From: Gekko japonicus
Lineage: Eukaryota
Direction of reading: 5' to 3'
DNA: 64,000 nt
Assembly: GCF_001447785.1 (NCBI RefSeq)
Contig: NW_015159764.1
Span: 1-64,000 of the forward strand
This document shows positions 1-12,610 of the stretch, piece after piece (within the stretch, counting starts at the first letter, position 1; each line of letters begins with the position of its first letter). The notes under the pieces are model-generated. The model had not been told where the DNA came from. It searched no databases and saw only the letters and a program-made list of their open reading frames with translations. The position numbers were made by a program, and so were the translations under genes.

Positions 1-1809
1 GCCGTTCCGGCTTTTACCCTGTCCCTAAAAACTTAGATAATCATTTTGTTTCCAGCTCTAGTTCTTACAGATTTTAGAAGATCTTCCTTTATATAGTCTA
101 AGGTAAGGTAATTCAGAGTAGATATTTTTTCACATAAAAGAAGTCAGACAATCATTTGTATCAATTTTCCAATCCTTCTGAAAGCTCAGAAACATCTTTG
201 TCCTTTGTTAGATGGTCTCTCTTGTATTGGACAATCTGTATACCTTTCAGCAGCTTTTTAATACCGTCGTTATGCTGAAGATGATGTGTTTTGAAATCTA
301 GCTTTAAAAGTGTTTGGTTTCCATAATGACTACCTGCATTTTGACTCAGGGGACTTCATTTCTATTCTCTTTACTCTGCTCGCAGCTGTCTTTCTCTTTT
401 TCTATGAAGCCTCCTAATTGGCTGGCTCCCAAATTTGCGAGATGTCACTTCTGCTTGCATCAAAGTGTGCAAGTGTTCGTCACTGTAATGAAATATTGTT
501 AGCTGATGTCTTTGTGCAAATATAATGTTTATTTTGATCAGATAAGACGTGGAGTATCAGTCAATTTTTCCCCTCTATTGGATGTGATGTTTAATAAAAC
601 TGATGAAATCCAGAGTGAATCCAAAGTTCAAATGTGTGATTACTTTGGCTTGGTGAGGAATTTACCTGAGAAACCTTTTGTTTTTCTTGAATAATTTCTG
701 TTTGTTTCTTCTCTCTTCTCTCCACAATAATAACTCATAGTTTTAATTAACCTGGTACTACAAACTGGTTAAGGGCTGTATCAGTCATGAGAAACTAATG
801 CCGTTGTGTAGATAAAAATGAAATGGTAAGCAATTTCTTTTCAAGGAAAAGGTTGTTTTTCCTTTTGATATTCTCATTTCCAAAGGAAATTGAGTTTTCT
901 GGTAACTCTAGGGTCAGCCAGATAATTGCAGAAAATATATAAGGAAAAAGGTCTTAAACACATTTCCAGGGTATTGTAGTAATCAAGTTAATTTTATATG
1001 GCACAATAAAACATAACCCAATTGTGTTTGCGGAAGAAACACTAATTATCTCTCCAGCTCCAGGAAAAGAAACTTATTTTGAGAAAATGATAGTTTGTCT
1101 CAAATTGTCTTTTCAAGTCAGAGCTGAATTACAGCCATAAATGTAACACAGCTTTATGTCAGGATCAGTCAGTTACTGAACCAGGAGCCAGGATTTTGGT
1201 GATGAGCTTTGGAAGATGTACAAAATAAAACTGTGGCATTCTTTGTCCAGTGCTAGTTATAAATGCTTCCAGATAAAGCTTGGTTCTTTGCTTGGGCAAT
1301 AGTCAAAGTTAGGCCTTATTCTGGTAGCTCACAGCAATATTCTACCTGCCTGTCTGACATGTGTCCTTTGGATGGCTACCATGGATTCATCCCAGTTGGT
1401 GTTTTGGATAATACCCTTTTGTGTGGGGGCCAAAAGCTCCAAGAGCTCTCTAGTAAGGCTAGTCTTCCTGAATCCTGCAAGTCTGGCTATGCCTTGATTC
1501 CCTGAAACTCAGTATTTGTCCTGTTTTGGAAACGATGTGAGAAATGTTGGTATTAATCATCTTTGGTGATTATGTTGTATGGGTTTCTCTTATTTTTATC
1601 CTGTATGGGTTTTTCTTTGTGAGTTTAGTGAGCTTCATCTTCTGTTGACCTCTGTGGCAAGCTCCACTCAGAATGGTCACATGGGGAGCTCCAGGGGGCT
1701 GAATTCAGTTCCATGGGGTTTACAGTTGCTTATCATTAATGTATTCCTTTAAATCATGTTGAAGATGAGTGCACCTCTGCTCAGAAGTAACAACTCAGCT
1801 GCAAGAGAA

Positions 1810-2076
1810 GAAGAGGAGGAGATGTAATTTATACCCCCCTTCACGACCCAAAGGAATCTCAGAGTGGCTTACAATCTCCTTCCCTTCCTCTCCCCACAAC
1901 AGACACCCTATGAAGTAGGTGGGGCTGAGAGAGCTCTGAAAGAACTGCTCTTAAGAGAACAGCTCTGAGAGATTTGTGACTGACCCAAGGTCACCCAACT
2001 GGCTGCATAAGGAGGAGTGGAGAATCAAACCTGATTAGAGTCTGTCACTCTTAACCACTACACCAAACTGGCTCTC
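1810..2076 (-). mobile_element. tRNA/CORE SINE (Squam3-like)
   Basis: Minus strand begins GAGAGCCAGTTTGGTGTAGTGGTTAAGAG (A-box). It has a GGGTGACCTTGGGTCAGTCAC CORE segment, a TGTAAGCCACTCTGAG L2-like 3' end and a (TTC)n tail. Homologous to copies at 42.4 kb and 52.9 kb. Confidence 0.85.
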
Positions 2077-2099
2077 AAGAGAATATGTAGAATAAGTTT

Positions 2100-2670
2100 C
2101 AAGTAACATTTAGTCAAATGACAGGAAGCAAAGAGTAGGAATAAATGACAGTTCTCATAATGGAGGGTGGTAAGCAGTGAGATCCCAGAAGGACTGATGT
2201 TGTGTCCAGTGCTATTTAATTTGTTCATAAATGATCTGGAACTAGGGGTGAGCAGAGTAGTGGCCAGGTTTGCCACTAAATTATTCAAGATGGTGAAAAT
2301 CAAGGATGACTGTGAAGAACTCCAGGAGGAGCTCTACAAATTGGGTGAGTGGGCAACAGTGTGGCAGATGATGTTCAGTTTTGAAAAGTGTAAGATGATG
2401 CACATTGGGACAAAAAAAATCCCAACTTCAGGTATAAGCTAATGGGTTTTTAACTTGCTGAGACTGAGAGGGGAAAAGATCTTAGGGGTTATGGTAGATA
2501 GCTCAATGAAAGTGTCAACCCAGCATGCTGCAGCGGTGAAAAAGGCAAACTGTATGTTAGGGATTATTAGGAAAGGGATTGAAAATGAAATGACCAATAT
2601 TATAATGCCCCTGTACAGATACATGGTACAGCCTCATTTGGAATACTATTTACAGTTCTAATCACTGTAA
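2100..2670 (+). mobile_element. CR1 LINE reverse-transcriptase fragment (decayed)
   Basis: Translations VSSEIPEG..CPVLFNLFINDLE..FA(DD)TKLF, WQMMFSFEKCKMMHIG and AAAVKKANCMLGII are typical of CR1 ORF2. Contains frameshifts and stops. Confidence 0.9.
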
Positions 2671-2684
2671 CCTCAGAAAAATAT

Positions 2685-3400
2685 ATACCCCACCTTTCCT
2701 CGTGGTTCAAGGCAGCTTACAAAAATAATTTAAAAAAACATTTCCAGGTTAAACAGTTAAACAACAAACCCCAAATCTTTCCCCCATCCATAGTTAAAAG
2801 ATTCCTGCCAATTTAAACCCCCTCAAAAGCCTGCAGCGCCTCCCAAAGATCTACAAGGAGGAGGCCCCTTCATCTCTTCAGGGAGCCCATTCCAAAAAGC
2901 AGGAACAACAATGGAGAAAACCCAAGCTCTGGTCAATGCCAGATGGGCCACCCTAAGTTGTGGAATAGGCAACAGGTGGCTGCCTGATGAATGTAAGCAC
3001 ACAAGGACATATGGAAGGAGACAGTCCTTCAAATATGTGGGTCCCAGGTTGTGAAGGACTTTACATGTCATAACCAACACCTTGACTTGAACTTGAAAAC
3101 AGACTGGCAGCCAACATAGCTGTTTCAGAATGGGCAACGCATGTTCTGGGTGGCTAGCCTCTTACAACAGTTGGGCTGAAGCATGGTGGACCAGCTGTAG
3201 TTTCTGGGTTGTCTTCAAGGACAGCCCCATGTAGAGTGTGTTGCACCAATCCAACCATGAGGTTACAGAATCATGGATTGGCATGGCCAGATCAGCTGAT
3301 TGTAGGTAACAAGACAGTTAGTGAATCAGGTGCAGCTTATGGAAGGTTCCCCTGATCACCATGCCAGCCTGCTTTTCAAACAGCAAGTCAAAGTCCCAGT
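2685..3400 (-). mobile_element. L2 LINE 3' fragment
   Basis: ORF 2823-3137 PILKQLCWLPVCFQVQVKVLVMTCKVLHNLGPTYLKDCL...AFWNGLPEE matches the L2 ORF2 C-terminus. An L2-type 3' end (TGTAAGCTGCCTTGA) lies near 2710. Confidence 0.85.
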
Positions 3401-3453
3401 GTTGTGTGAGAAACATGGAACTACCTCTCCTTCATCCCCTTTTCATACCCCAA

Positions 3454-3711
3454 TAGGGCTGCCAAGCCGCGGCGGGGGATCTGCACGTCTTCACAGGATC
3501 CCTGCTGCGGGGGACAGCGATACGCGTTGCACCGCCGTCGCTAGGATGTGATGCCACGCATCACTCTGGCAACGAGGCTGTTTGTAGTCCCGTTGCCAGA
3601 GCGGCGCGTAGCGTCACATCCTGGCAACGGCGGTGCAGCGCGTATCGCTGTCTCCCGCAGCAGGGATCCTGTGAAGACGTGCGGATCCCCCGCCGCGGCT
3701 TGGCAGCCCTA
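3454..3711. mobile_element. Fully palindromic non-autonomous hAT MITE
   Basis: TIRs TAGGGCTGCCAAGCC/GGCTTGGCAGCCCTA, arms complementary over ~120 bp each, perfect 8-bp TSD TACCCCAA (3446-3453, 3712-3719). Confidence 0.95.
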
Positions 3712-5104
3712 TACCCCAACCTCATGATAATGCTCACTATCTTGCCTTGCCCAACAGCTAATTACATGTTGAGGGGTGGTGCATGCCATGTTTTGCATTC
3801 AACTAGAAGGAATGAAAGGAGATACAGAGTAGTGGCAATTACCTGTCTTTCGTAATGTCTAGACATATCTTGGAAGGAGAAAGCCAGCTGGAAAACTGAG
3901 TAACTAGAAATTGTTTGGGGTATTTGTGGCTGGGTGTTGGGAAAGAATTAGGTCTACAACTAGACATCTGGTTTATTTTTGTACAAAAGTAGTTTTTACT
4001 ATAACATCTGAGTATGGACTAATGCTTTTTCTTTTGTCTTCCATTGTAAATATCATTATAGCACAGATAATAGTCCTCCATAGACAGACATCACTGTAAT
4101 GCCAGGTAATGAAATTACTAGTAAGTCTGTGTAGTCTTGGAAGCTAGAACTAAGTGCATTAGGCCCTCTAATTGCTTAAATACAAACATTTGAACATTGT
4201 ATACTTGCCACAAAGCTTGGGAAAGTCCTCCTTTGGCTCAAAATGGTCAAATATGCATTTTCTCAAGATTGTCTTGATTCCACGTTTTAAATTATGTAGC
4301 TGCAAAACCGCTGAGAGCATTTTCCTGAAAATGGATGCATAAATGGTTAAAGGCACAGAGGAAAATTATCCCCACATTCAGTATTGAACGGCATAGGTAC
4401 AAAATGAAGAAACATGATGTGCATGGGGTTTAAGAGACAATTAAAGGGCAAGTAAGTAATTTCTGTGCCAGTATAGCACAAAGCTGAACGTTTGTAATGA
4501 ACCCCCGGTCAAAAATATTTATCCTTGTGACACTTAAATCTTTCACGTAGCTGACAGTGATATACAGCACACATTTATCAACCACAGTATATCTACAGGC
4601 AATCCACCATGTCATATATGAGCATTCATCATATGGATGGAATTACTACACTGTCATCTCCCTTTTGCTCACAAAGCCCCACCGCAACCATGCACAGACA
4701 TGCAGCATAAAGCATCCCTCCTCTACACACCCCACACCGGTACTGTACTACAGAAAGTATCAGGTACCGAGTACCAGCATGTGGTGAAGAAATGGCAGAC
4801 ATGCTTTACTTTCTGGTGTGAAATTTCCTCAGAATATTGTCAAAGTGGTTGGAAGCAGTGTTTAATGTCTGGAAAGGGAGATGCCAAGGCTTGGGCCTGC
4901 ATGAGACTACTGCCATCTATCAAGGAAGGAATCTTGCTCCTTAGTCTTGCCAGTTGCTCATAGCTGAGGGAGTCCCACATCTTTCATTAGGACAGTGAAA
5001 TGGGGACACTGTCAAACCAAGTGATGAGTTCCTACACATTTGCAAGAGATAAATAATCAGAGAAAATTCTAGTCTGTAATATAATCCCTTCCCCACAGCC
5101 TGAC

Positions 5105-5193
5105 AAGAAGAAGAAGAAGAAGAAGAAGAAGAAGAAGAAGAAGAAGAAGAAGAAGAAGAAGAAGAAGAGGAGGAGGAGGAGGAGGAGGAGGAG
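5105..5193. repeat. (GAA)n-(GGA)n compound microsatellite
   Basis: Directly visible. It produces the poly-S/poly-L pseudo-ORFs. Confidence 0.98.
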
Positions 5194-5394
5194 AGATCAG
5201 GAGGACCCATCCCCTCCTGGCTTTTTGGCATGGCTGCAAAACAGCTATTTCTAACATACTGGGGGGGCAGTTTGACAAGTCTGGCAAAATAAATGTTTCA
5301 TGTCTGTTTCATAGTGTGGTACTCTGTTTAATGAGGTTTTACTGTGTCCGAATAGCTACTGTAAATTGTTACTGGTTATTACCCACTTGAGTCT

Positions 5395-5880
5395 TTTTTT
5401 ATTTTAGATTTTTTTTTTCTTTTTAATTTTTATAAACAAATTACAAAACACAGAAGTGAACAAATTTGAGCAGCAAGATATAACATTGTGGATATAAGGT
5501 AAGTATGAGCATATGCATACATATTGGTGACAAGGTATTATAGTTCAATTATAAAGCATTAACTTGTATTTCGCTTCAGAGATGTTTTCCCAATCAAATT
5601 TATTTATGTTAATTTTATCCAGAATGGGATACCATATACTTAACGGGTTATAAAATTCCACTTCATGTTGGTGCGTTGTATCATGTATAGAAAAGTTTTC
5701 CAGCATATAGATATCCCATGTTTTGTTGAACCATTGTTGTACTGTTGGTGGTGTTTGTTGTTTCCATTGTTGAGCTATTACTAATTTAGCTGTCATAATG
5801 AGAATGTTAATCAATTGTATTCTAATTGCAGGCGGGGAGTCCTTTGGCCAGCGATGCAGCAGTATTACTTCAGGATGAGT
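5395..5880 (-). mobile_element. L1 LINE 3' end
   Basis: ORF 5545-5814 AKLVIAQQWKQQTPPTVQQWFNKTW...W resembles a vertebrate L1 ORF2 C-terminus. The A-rich tail reads as a T-run at ~5395-5430. Confidence 0.75.
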
Positions 5881-6789
5881 CCATGCACTTAACCACTACA
5901 CCAAACATGGACATAGTATGCTCATTGACCTCCAGGGTGTCAGAGAAAGGTGAGGGAGAGGAAATTAGGCTAACCTAGCCCCTGCCTGTTTATAATATTC
6001 TGAGAGATGGAATCATGCTTGCCACTTTGCCATGAGGCATACCGCCCCACATCCTAATTCACTCTATAAATTCACGTTACTATAAACTTTCAAGGAGCTA
6101 AACAAAAGTCAATGGAGATGTGGAAGGAATCAATAAGGATCAGAGGAAAGTTCTTCTCATCTTAAGTAATTCTGTCTGTGTGTATGTGTGTGTGCATGCG
6201 TGCCCATGTGCAGATAATGAGCTTTTTCCTCTGTGCTCCTGATTGCAGTGCTGTAACAACCCACTCTTGAGGGTATAGCCTGATATACATTACTGATTCT
6301 CAGGAAGATTGTCATGGCTGTGGGGAGGGGACCACACCAGCATCCTTTAATATCCCCTCATTACCAGCACCTTGGTTCCAGGGGAGATTAGTCCTGCTGC
6401 CACCATTTTACTTTTCATTTTACTTGACTTTCCTTTTTTTAAAAAAATGAAGACCCCAGTTTCCTCTGGCTCTCTCTCAACAGGGTGCACCAAGTAACAG
6501 ATAACTAATGGCCACATGTGAGACAAATACACACTACCTAGGTTTCTCTTCCCAAGACCACTCTCCAAATAGAAGGGGGGGGGATTTTATTGAGGGATAG
6601 AAAATAGGAGTCAGTACAAATCATCTTAATTAAGATCCTGTCAGTTTGGAGATTTGAGCACTTTACTTTCATTAGTAAAAACTCAAAATTGCAAGATTAC
6701 ATAGACCATCAAAACAACACAGAAGCACTAATGCTTCCAACAGATCTTCTCCTCAGCCACCATCAGTGCAAGCAGAGCAGCATTCATCA

Positions 6790-7042
6790 TCAGCTACCTT
6801 TATTGGCATCACAACAAAACATAGATCATTCCTCTCCTCTTAATGGCACAACATAGAAATTTAGCCACCAAATCAGTGATCTCAGAGTTATGGGAAGATA
6901 GTAAAAAAAAAAAAGTCTTGCAAACATCAGATTGATCCTTGTGAATTTGTAGCAGAGGTTCTAGATATATGGCACGAATATCACAGTAAAATATACAGTA
7001 CAGGAGAACATGTTCAGTACTTTCTATCTCCCCCAGACCGCA
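6790..7042 (-). mobile_element. LINE (RTE-X-like) ORF2 C-terminal zinc-knuckle fragment
   Basis: CGLGEIESTEHVLLYCIFYCDIR...VAKFL is the CCHC-type C-terminus of a non-LTR element. It continues the fragment at 7676-8270. Confidence 0.75.
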
Positions 7043-7675
7043 ACCCAGCGGCTTGCCAACCCAGCGGCTCGAAAGCAATTAACAGCAACAATGCGAGTAG
7101 ACAAATGGGTACCTACCTACCGTTAGATGGGTAGGGGGCACCCACCTCTGATGAGGATGTGTGGTGGTGATGCGGACGGCGAGGATGGCGGCGTGATGGC
7201 GTGTGAGTGCTGGCAGAGACGGAGCGATCTCTGGTGGCCGGAAGGAAAAACATCAGGCAACAGCGATGGCGGAGGTGGGAGACGCACGACGGCATGTGAC
7301 GCAGGCACGGCGGTGCCTGATGGATGGAGCTGGGCCAAGAGCACTCTTGAGCTGGGCGCCTGCGCGATCCAGCCAGGGGTTGCCGTGGAAATATCAGAGG
7401 CCTCGAAGGACGCCGTGCTGAGCCAGCAACCAAAAGAAGACCCAGAGAACGCCGTGTCGAGCCAGCCGCCAGTACACCAAACCAAGCCAGCAGCCAAGAA
7501 AGACCATCGAAGGTCCCACCACCAAGGGTGCTGGTAGGCAGTCCCACCCCCAACACTAGATGTGGCCCAAGTTAGGAAGTATAGTTCTTAGAATGCCATA
7601 TATGTGAACTGCCCAGAGGGGGTTAGGGTGGTATATCAAGTCTAAAGTTAAATAAATAAATAAATAAATAAAACA
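7043..7675 (+). mobile_element. Composite CpG-rich insertion (Sauria-SINE-like head, unknown middle, L2-like 3' end with (TAAA)n tail)
   Basis: Splits the LINE reading SRLC|CGLG. The 5' part AGCGGCTCGAAAGCA...GCGAGTAGACAAATGGGTACC resembles Sauria SINE. The 3' part reads TGTGAACTGCCCAGAG...GGTATAT followed by (TAAA)n. Confidence 0.55.
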
Positions 7676-8270
7676 AAGCCTAGAGGAGTATGGCATTTTT
7701 TTAAAACCTCCCGTACAGTACCGCAGAGGGAAGAACATTAAAATGAGCTAACATAAATGCCCTCCGATGCTCAGAAATAGTCAAGCTAGAGAAGTACTCA
7801 GCCGAAACACCATTAGTAGACATCCCCCACCACAAAGGGGAATATCTACCAGAGGCAAGACTTCTAAGTTCTTGCATCTCAATATCAGTAAGTCTTTGCC
7901 TGATTAAAGCAAAAACACACCTCTCGGAAAGGTATGCAAGGTCGTCCAAACTGAACCCAATTACAGAAATTTTCCCCCTATGTAGGACATCCACTCAGAT
8001 TATTGTGATTCAGTTAGCATGTGAGCAATTAGACTATTGGAATTACATCTGAAATGTAAATGGAGCCAAAATTTAATTGCTGTGATCCAAGCTTTGGTCT
8101 CTAGGTGCCTTTGATTTGTCTCCAAACAAATAGCTGCATAGGGCACACATGCTGGCAGCCCTAAGATTTTCCTTAAGAACTTAGATTGTACACGTTCAAC
8201 TGCTTTATTAAAAGCTGAGATAAGAGCAGCATTCAAGAAAACTAAATTCCCGTTGTCCTTACGGCAGCCA
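7676..8270 (-). mobile_element. LINE (RTE-X-like) ORF2 post-RT fragment
   Basis: VERVQSKFLRKILGLP..YAAICLE..AWITAIKFWLHL and RRAFMLAHFNVLPSAVLYGRF. Same family as 55.0-57.6 kb. Confidence 0.75.
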
Positions 8271-10535
8271 GTTGTGTTCCCCTTCCCATACTTCCAGCAC
8301 CATGGACAAGTCCCTTCCACCAGTGGAAGTTAGGATCCACACCAGTACCTAGATGTCAGTATCCAGGACAGTCTTACAGAGCTGGGGAAAACAGGAAAAC
8401 TATACCATCAATAATTCCGATGAAACAGTAGGAATGCTTTTTGAGATATTCTCTGCTGCACGTTCTTGAAATGGTAAATCTTTTTGCAGGAGAGCCTGCA
8501 GGTTATGTTGATGTTCTAGCTGATGCTTATGCCCCTCCCAGCCAAGTCCCCCTCCCTTTCATTACACTCTTCCTACAAAACCAGAAATAAAAGGTTACCA
8601 GGTGCTTGTGTAAGTGGAAGGGATTGTAGAAGATTGAGGCAGGTTTCTTGCCTCCTACAAATCCCCTTTCCTGAACAGTGAATAATATTGTTTAAAATAA
8701 ACGACAATTGCCTTTGTAGCAACTTCAGCAACTGGCTAGCAATTGAAGATTGCTGTACGCCGAGTCGAATTACTGTATTTTGAACGTTATTGCGCTTGTT
8801 GTTACTCTCCCCGTGCTGTGTGAGCAATTCACATTGGATAGCTCAGCATGACTTTTGAACTCAAAAGTATCAAAAATATAGAGGCTATTTGAAATGACTT
8901 GGTTATATGGGAGCAAGATTTTTTAATGGATGAATGAGGCAAAACCCAGCGTAGGATATATGCTCTATGAAGTGCATCTTGGACTAAAGAAAGAAGCATG
9001 TTGCATAGCTTGAGTAGCACCAGTGATCCCTGAAATGGAAGTATGACAGGCCTCATATAATGAGGCTTGAAGTATAAAAAACTCTTTAACTCACTGGTTG
9101 CTTTTCTGAATCAGTGGCTCACTCTCACTTTTCATCAAAGTGGCAATTTTTTTCAATTGGCAGAAGAGAGACAAACAAACATGAGAAGAAACAGCACTAA
9201 TGCAGCAATGGGGAAATCTGAAAATACTCGAGCAATCAAGCCTCCAGATGTTCCGTGGAAGTGGAGCATCACCCATTTCAGTGAGACTTGGCAATTTCAC
9301 AAGGCTTTTGAGATCAAGTATTTGGAATCTTTGGGTCTGCCTGGACTTTTAGTATACTTTTTTTTAAAAAAACCTGGTGACAGTAGTCCCAATCCAATTG
9401 CTAATCCAGCTATCAGGGCTGCAAGTGAAAAACTCTCTTAGGCTGATTCTGCATTGGCTTTTCCCTCCATTGTTTTATGAAACCCACGTTGGAACAGAAA
9501 CCCCCCTCTGCATCACATGCTGCTTCCACTTCCTTTGATTATCGGGTTTTATGGTAGCTTCCACACTCCGTGTCACTTTCTAGTTCTTTGAGTATTAGGT
9601 TTCATTGTACCTTCTGCATAGATTTATGGCCATTTTATGGCCATTCAGGAATGACTTTGCAGTCAGTACAGCATTGCCCCAAAGTATTTGAATGTGGTTT
9701 CGAGCTGCACTTTTTCCTCCCAGTTGAGAAAATGTAGAGTGAATGCTAGATGCAGAATCGCCCTTAGATTAAAGCAATCTGCAGGGAGATGGGAGCATGT
9801 GAGGATTAAATTCAGTCCCTCTGAACCCATGGTTTTCTAAGAGGGCTCAGCATACATGGTGGTGGCAGCTAGATCAGGGAAAGGAACAGAGCATGCTCAG
9901 CTTCCACTCCACCTAAGGATGTGCCTCCAGCTCACGTTCAGGTGCATGTGCTTTCTAGTTTGACCAAAGTGTGTGCTCATTAGATTTAAGGCATTTTATG
10001 GTTGTTTCCACACAGTAATGAGTCACCATGTACCTTTTATTGCTTCTGCAAATGTAGAAGCATTACCATGAGCAATGGAGCACCCAAATGGCAGTTTGGC
10101 CCACAATTCCTTTACCTCAGCCCCCCACAGCCACCATTCCACTTCCCCACTACTGGAGGGCTTTCTCCAAGTTTTGTAAAAATTGGTAATTGCTAGATAG
10201 CTATAGTGTTACAATGATCTAATGTCCTGATATACTTGTTCATCTGAAATATCAGCTTCCATTTTATTAAAAAGGTGTCTAACCCATTTCGTTGAGAAGA
10301 TAGAAGACCAAAGGCATATCTCCACAACAAAAATGGTTAGAGTCTTCAAAAAAAAAAATTCTGGGAATCCAACGGAACAAGAAGACACTGGTGGCAATTG
10401 ATTGTTATAATGAAGTAGTGATCTAGCAGTTACTGCCTTTTTAAAAAAAAGGTCTGAAAATAGTTGTCCAGTGGCGTTGCTGGGAAAACAGTGTCTGAGA
10501 TGGGCCAAGAGAAGGAAAATGGTACTTCCTTTTTA

Positions 10536-11023
10536 GGAAGGATGTTGACAAGCTCGAGCATGTCCAGAAGAGGGCAACTAGGATGGTGAGAGGGTTGGAA
10601 TCCAAGTCTTATGAGGAAAGGCTGAAAGAGTTGGGTATGTTTAGCCTGGGAAAGAGAAGGCTTAGAGGGGACATGATTGCAGGCTTCAAGTATTTGAAAG
10701 GCTGTCATGTAGAAGATGGAGTAGATCTATTCTCTCTTGCTCTGGATTGCAAGACTAGATCTAATGGGTGGAAATTACAAGGGAGTCAATACCGGCTAAA
10801 TATCAGGAGAAACTTCCTAACTGTAAGAGTGGTTGAGCAGTGGAACAGTCTGCCTCGGGAGGTGGTGGATGCTCCTTCGCTGGACGTTTTCAAGCGGAGG
10901 CTGGACGACCATCTTTCGGGGATGTTGTAGGTATGTAGGGCTATCTTTCAGTATACTCCTGCAGAGTGCAGGGGGTTGGACTAAATGACCTGCAAGGTCC
11001 CTTCCAACTCTAACATTCTATGA
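10536..11023 (+). mobile_element. CR1 LINE 3' end (relatively young)
   Basis: Open frame LEHVQKRATRMVRGLESKSYEERLKELGMFSLGKRRLRGDMI...WNSLPREVV, CR1 3' UTR GGGTTGGACTAAATGACC and ATTCTATGAT terminal repeat. Confidence 0.95.
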
Positions 11024-11253
11024 TATGAGTGGGACCCTGGATAAAGCAGTCTTACCCTCCCAGAAAGGTTATCAAAGAGCTGGTTTGGAAAAGAATGAAT
11101 CAAGGAAGGGGAAAGAACACTTAGAGCATGATTATACACAATGCCATGTGGACGGTAAGAAAAGGAAAGCATTGCAGTTTGGTAGCCAAAGGGGAGGCAA
11201 ACCTGCATGTGAAAGATATATGCATTTTATAGGGGGTTTTTATGTTTTTAAAC

Positions 11254-11450
11254 GAGCAGAATTCATCTTGCCCCAAAGTGGATATGTCTGCCACCAGTTT
11301 AAAAGAATGCCCTGAACGTGTCACTGGAAAAACTGACTGATCATTTTCCTCTATGCCTTTACCAAGTGAATGTCTTTGCAATGATAGTGGGGTGGTTCCT
11401 GCCCATATCCTACCACTCCACTGAGCAAAGTTTATTTACTAATTGAAATA
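11254..11450. repeat. Dispersed ~190-bp direct repeat, copy 1
   Basis: Highly similar to 15518-15703 (GCAGAATTCATCTTGCCC...CTGAGCAAAGTTTATTT). Confidence 0.9.
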
Positions 11451-11724
11451 AGTTGCCTGGAAAGTCACAGAGGCCAGAAAAGCTCCAAACAAATTCCTGT
11501 ACACATATTTTTTTCAGCTCCTTAACAGCTGATTGGAGGCATCTGTAGTGCTAAGCATTCGGCCTTAAACTTTGTTTAATTGAAGTTTGTTTTTTAAAAG
11601 TGAACTGTGATAAATATTTAACCTGAGCTTTTTCGGAATGTTGAAGAATAGGTTTGCCTATAGTGCTTAAAAGGTATGGCTGGACTCTAGAAGTGCATGT
11701 ATGTGTGAGAGACTCACCAGGTGA

Positions 11725-11965
11725 GTCCTGGCATGGTGTAGTGGTTAGAGTGTTGGACTAGGATCTGGGAGACCCAGGTTCGAATTCCCACTCTGCCGTG
11801 GAAGCTTGCTGGGTGACCTTGGGCAGTCACACACTCGCAGCTAACCTATCCCATGGCACCGGTGTACAGATAAGATGGAGGAGAGGACACTTTAAACCTC
11901 TTTGGGCCCTCACTGGAGAGGGAGAGGCAGTGAGTTCCCACTGGAGATGAAGTAAATGAATAAGG
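11725..11965 (+). mobile_element. tRNA/CORE SINE (Squam3-like)
   Basis: TGGTGTAGTGGTTAGAG A-box, GGTTCGAATTCC B-box and GGGTGACCTTGGGCAGTCAC core. Confidence 0.85.
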
Positions 11966-12020
11966 TTTATCAAGAGACCCAGGAGTTGGAAAATAGGGCT
12001 TCTAAGGTCCCTTCCAGCTC

Positions 12021-12610
12021 TAGGGTTGCCAGGTCATTCCTTGTTGCCAACAGGCAACGGGGGACTTTGAGGTGCATTCCTGGAGGGGGCACGGACATCC
12101 CCAATGTGATGACATCACACAGAAGTGATGTCATCACATTGAGAACTGGCAACCCGTGTGCCTGAACTCCAAGCAGCTGCTGGAGTTCAGGCACCCATTC
12201 CCCACTTCTTGCAAACAGCATTTAAAGGGACCCTTTGAATGCTGTTTGCAAAAAGCAGGGGCTGCACACGCTGCTGGAGTTCAGGCATGCCCCCCCCCAC
12301 TTAGAAGGGCACTCAAGAGTGGTACCTTCAGTACATCTCCAACAATCCCCCTATCTGCTAGCCTGAGCCTTTGGGAAACATGCAAATTAATGTGCATGTT
12401 TCCCAACGGCATATGGGGATCCTTTTGAAAGACTCACCATGACCTAGGTGTTATACAGCAGGTCTGGGCTAGCAGAAAGGGGGATGATTGGGAAAAGTCT
12501 GAAGGTACCACTCTTGAGTGCCCTTTTAAGCCACCGGTGGTCACACTTGGGGGTGGGGCTTCCTGGCCAGCTGGCCAGTGGTGGGCAGGAGCTCACAAAA
12601 TTGGGGGATC
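12021..12610. mobile_element. Nested hAT (Blackjack-like) MITE and fold-back elements
   Basis: TAGGGTTGCCAG start. Internal palindrome at 12158-12289 and an inverted pair GGGCACTCAAGAGTGGTACCTTCAG (~12307-12332 / ~12499-12523). Confidence 0.6.

Noticed and set aside
1-760. Possible LINE ORF1/5' region on the minus strand
   Set aside because: Composition is suggestive, but no diagnostic motif could be read.
4941-5287. Poly-Ser / poly-Leu ORFs
   Set aside because: Translations of the (GAA)n/(GGA)n microsatellite.
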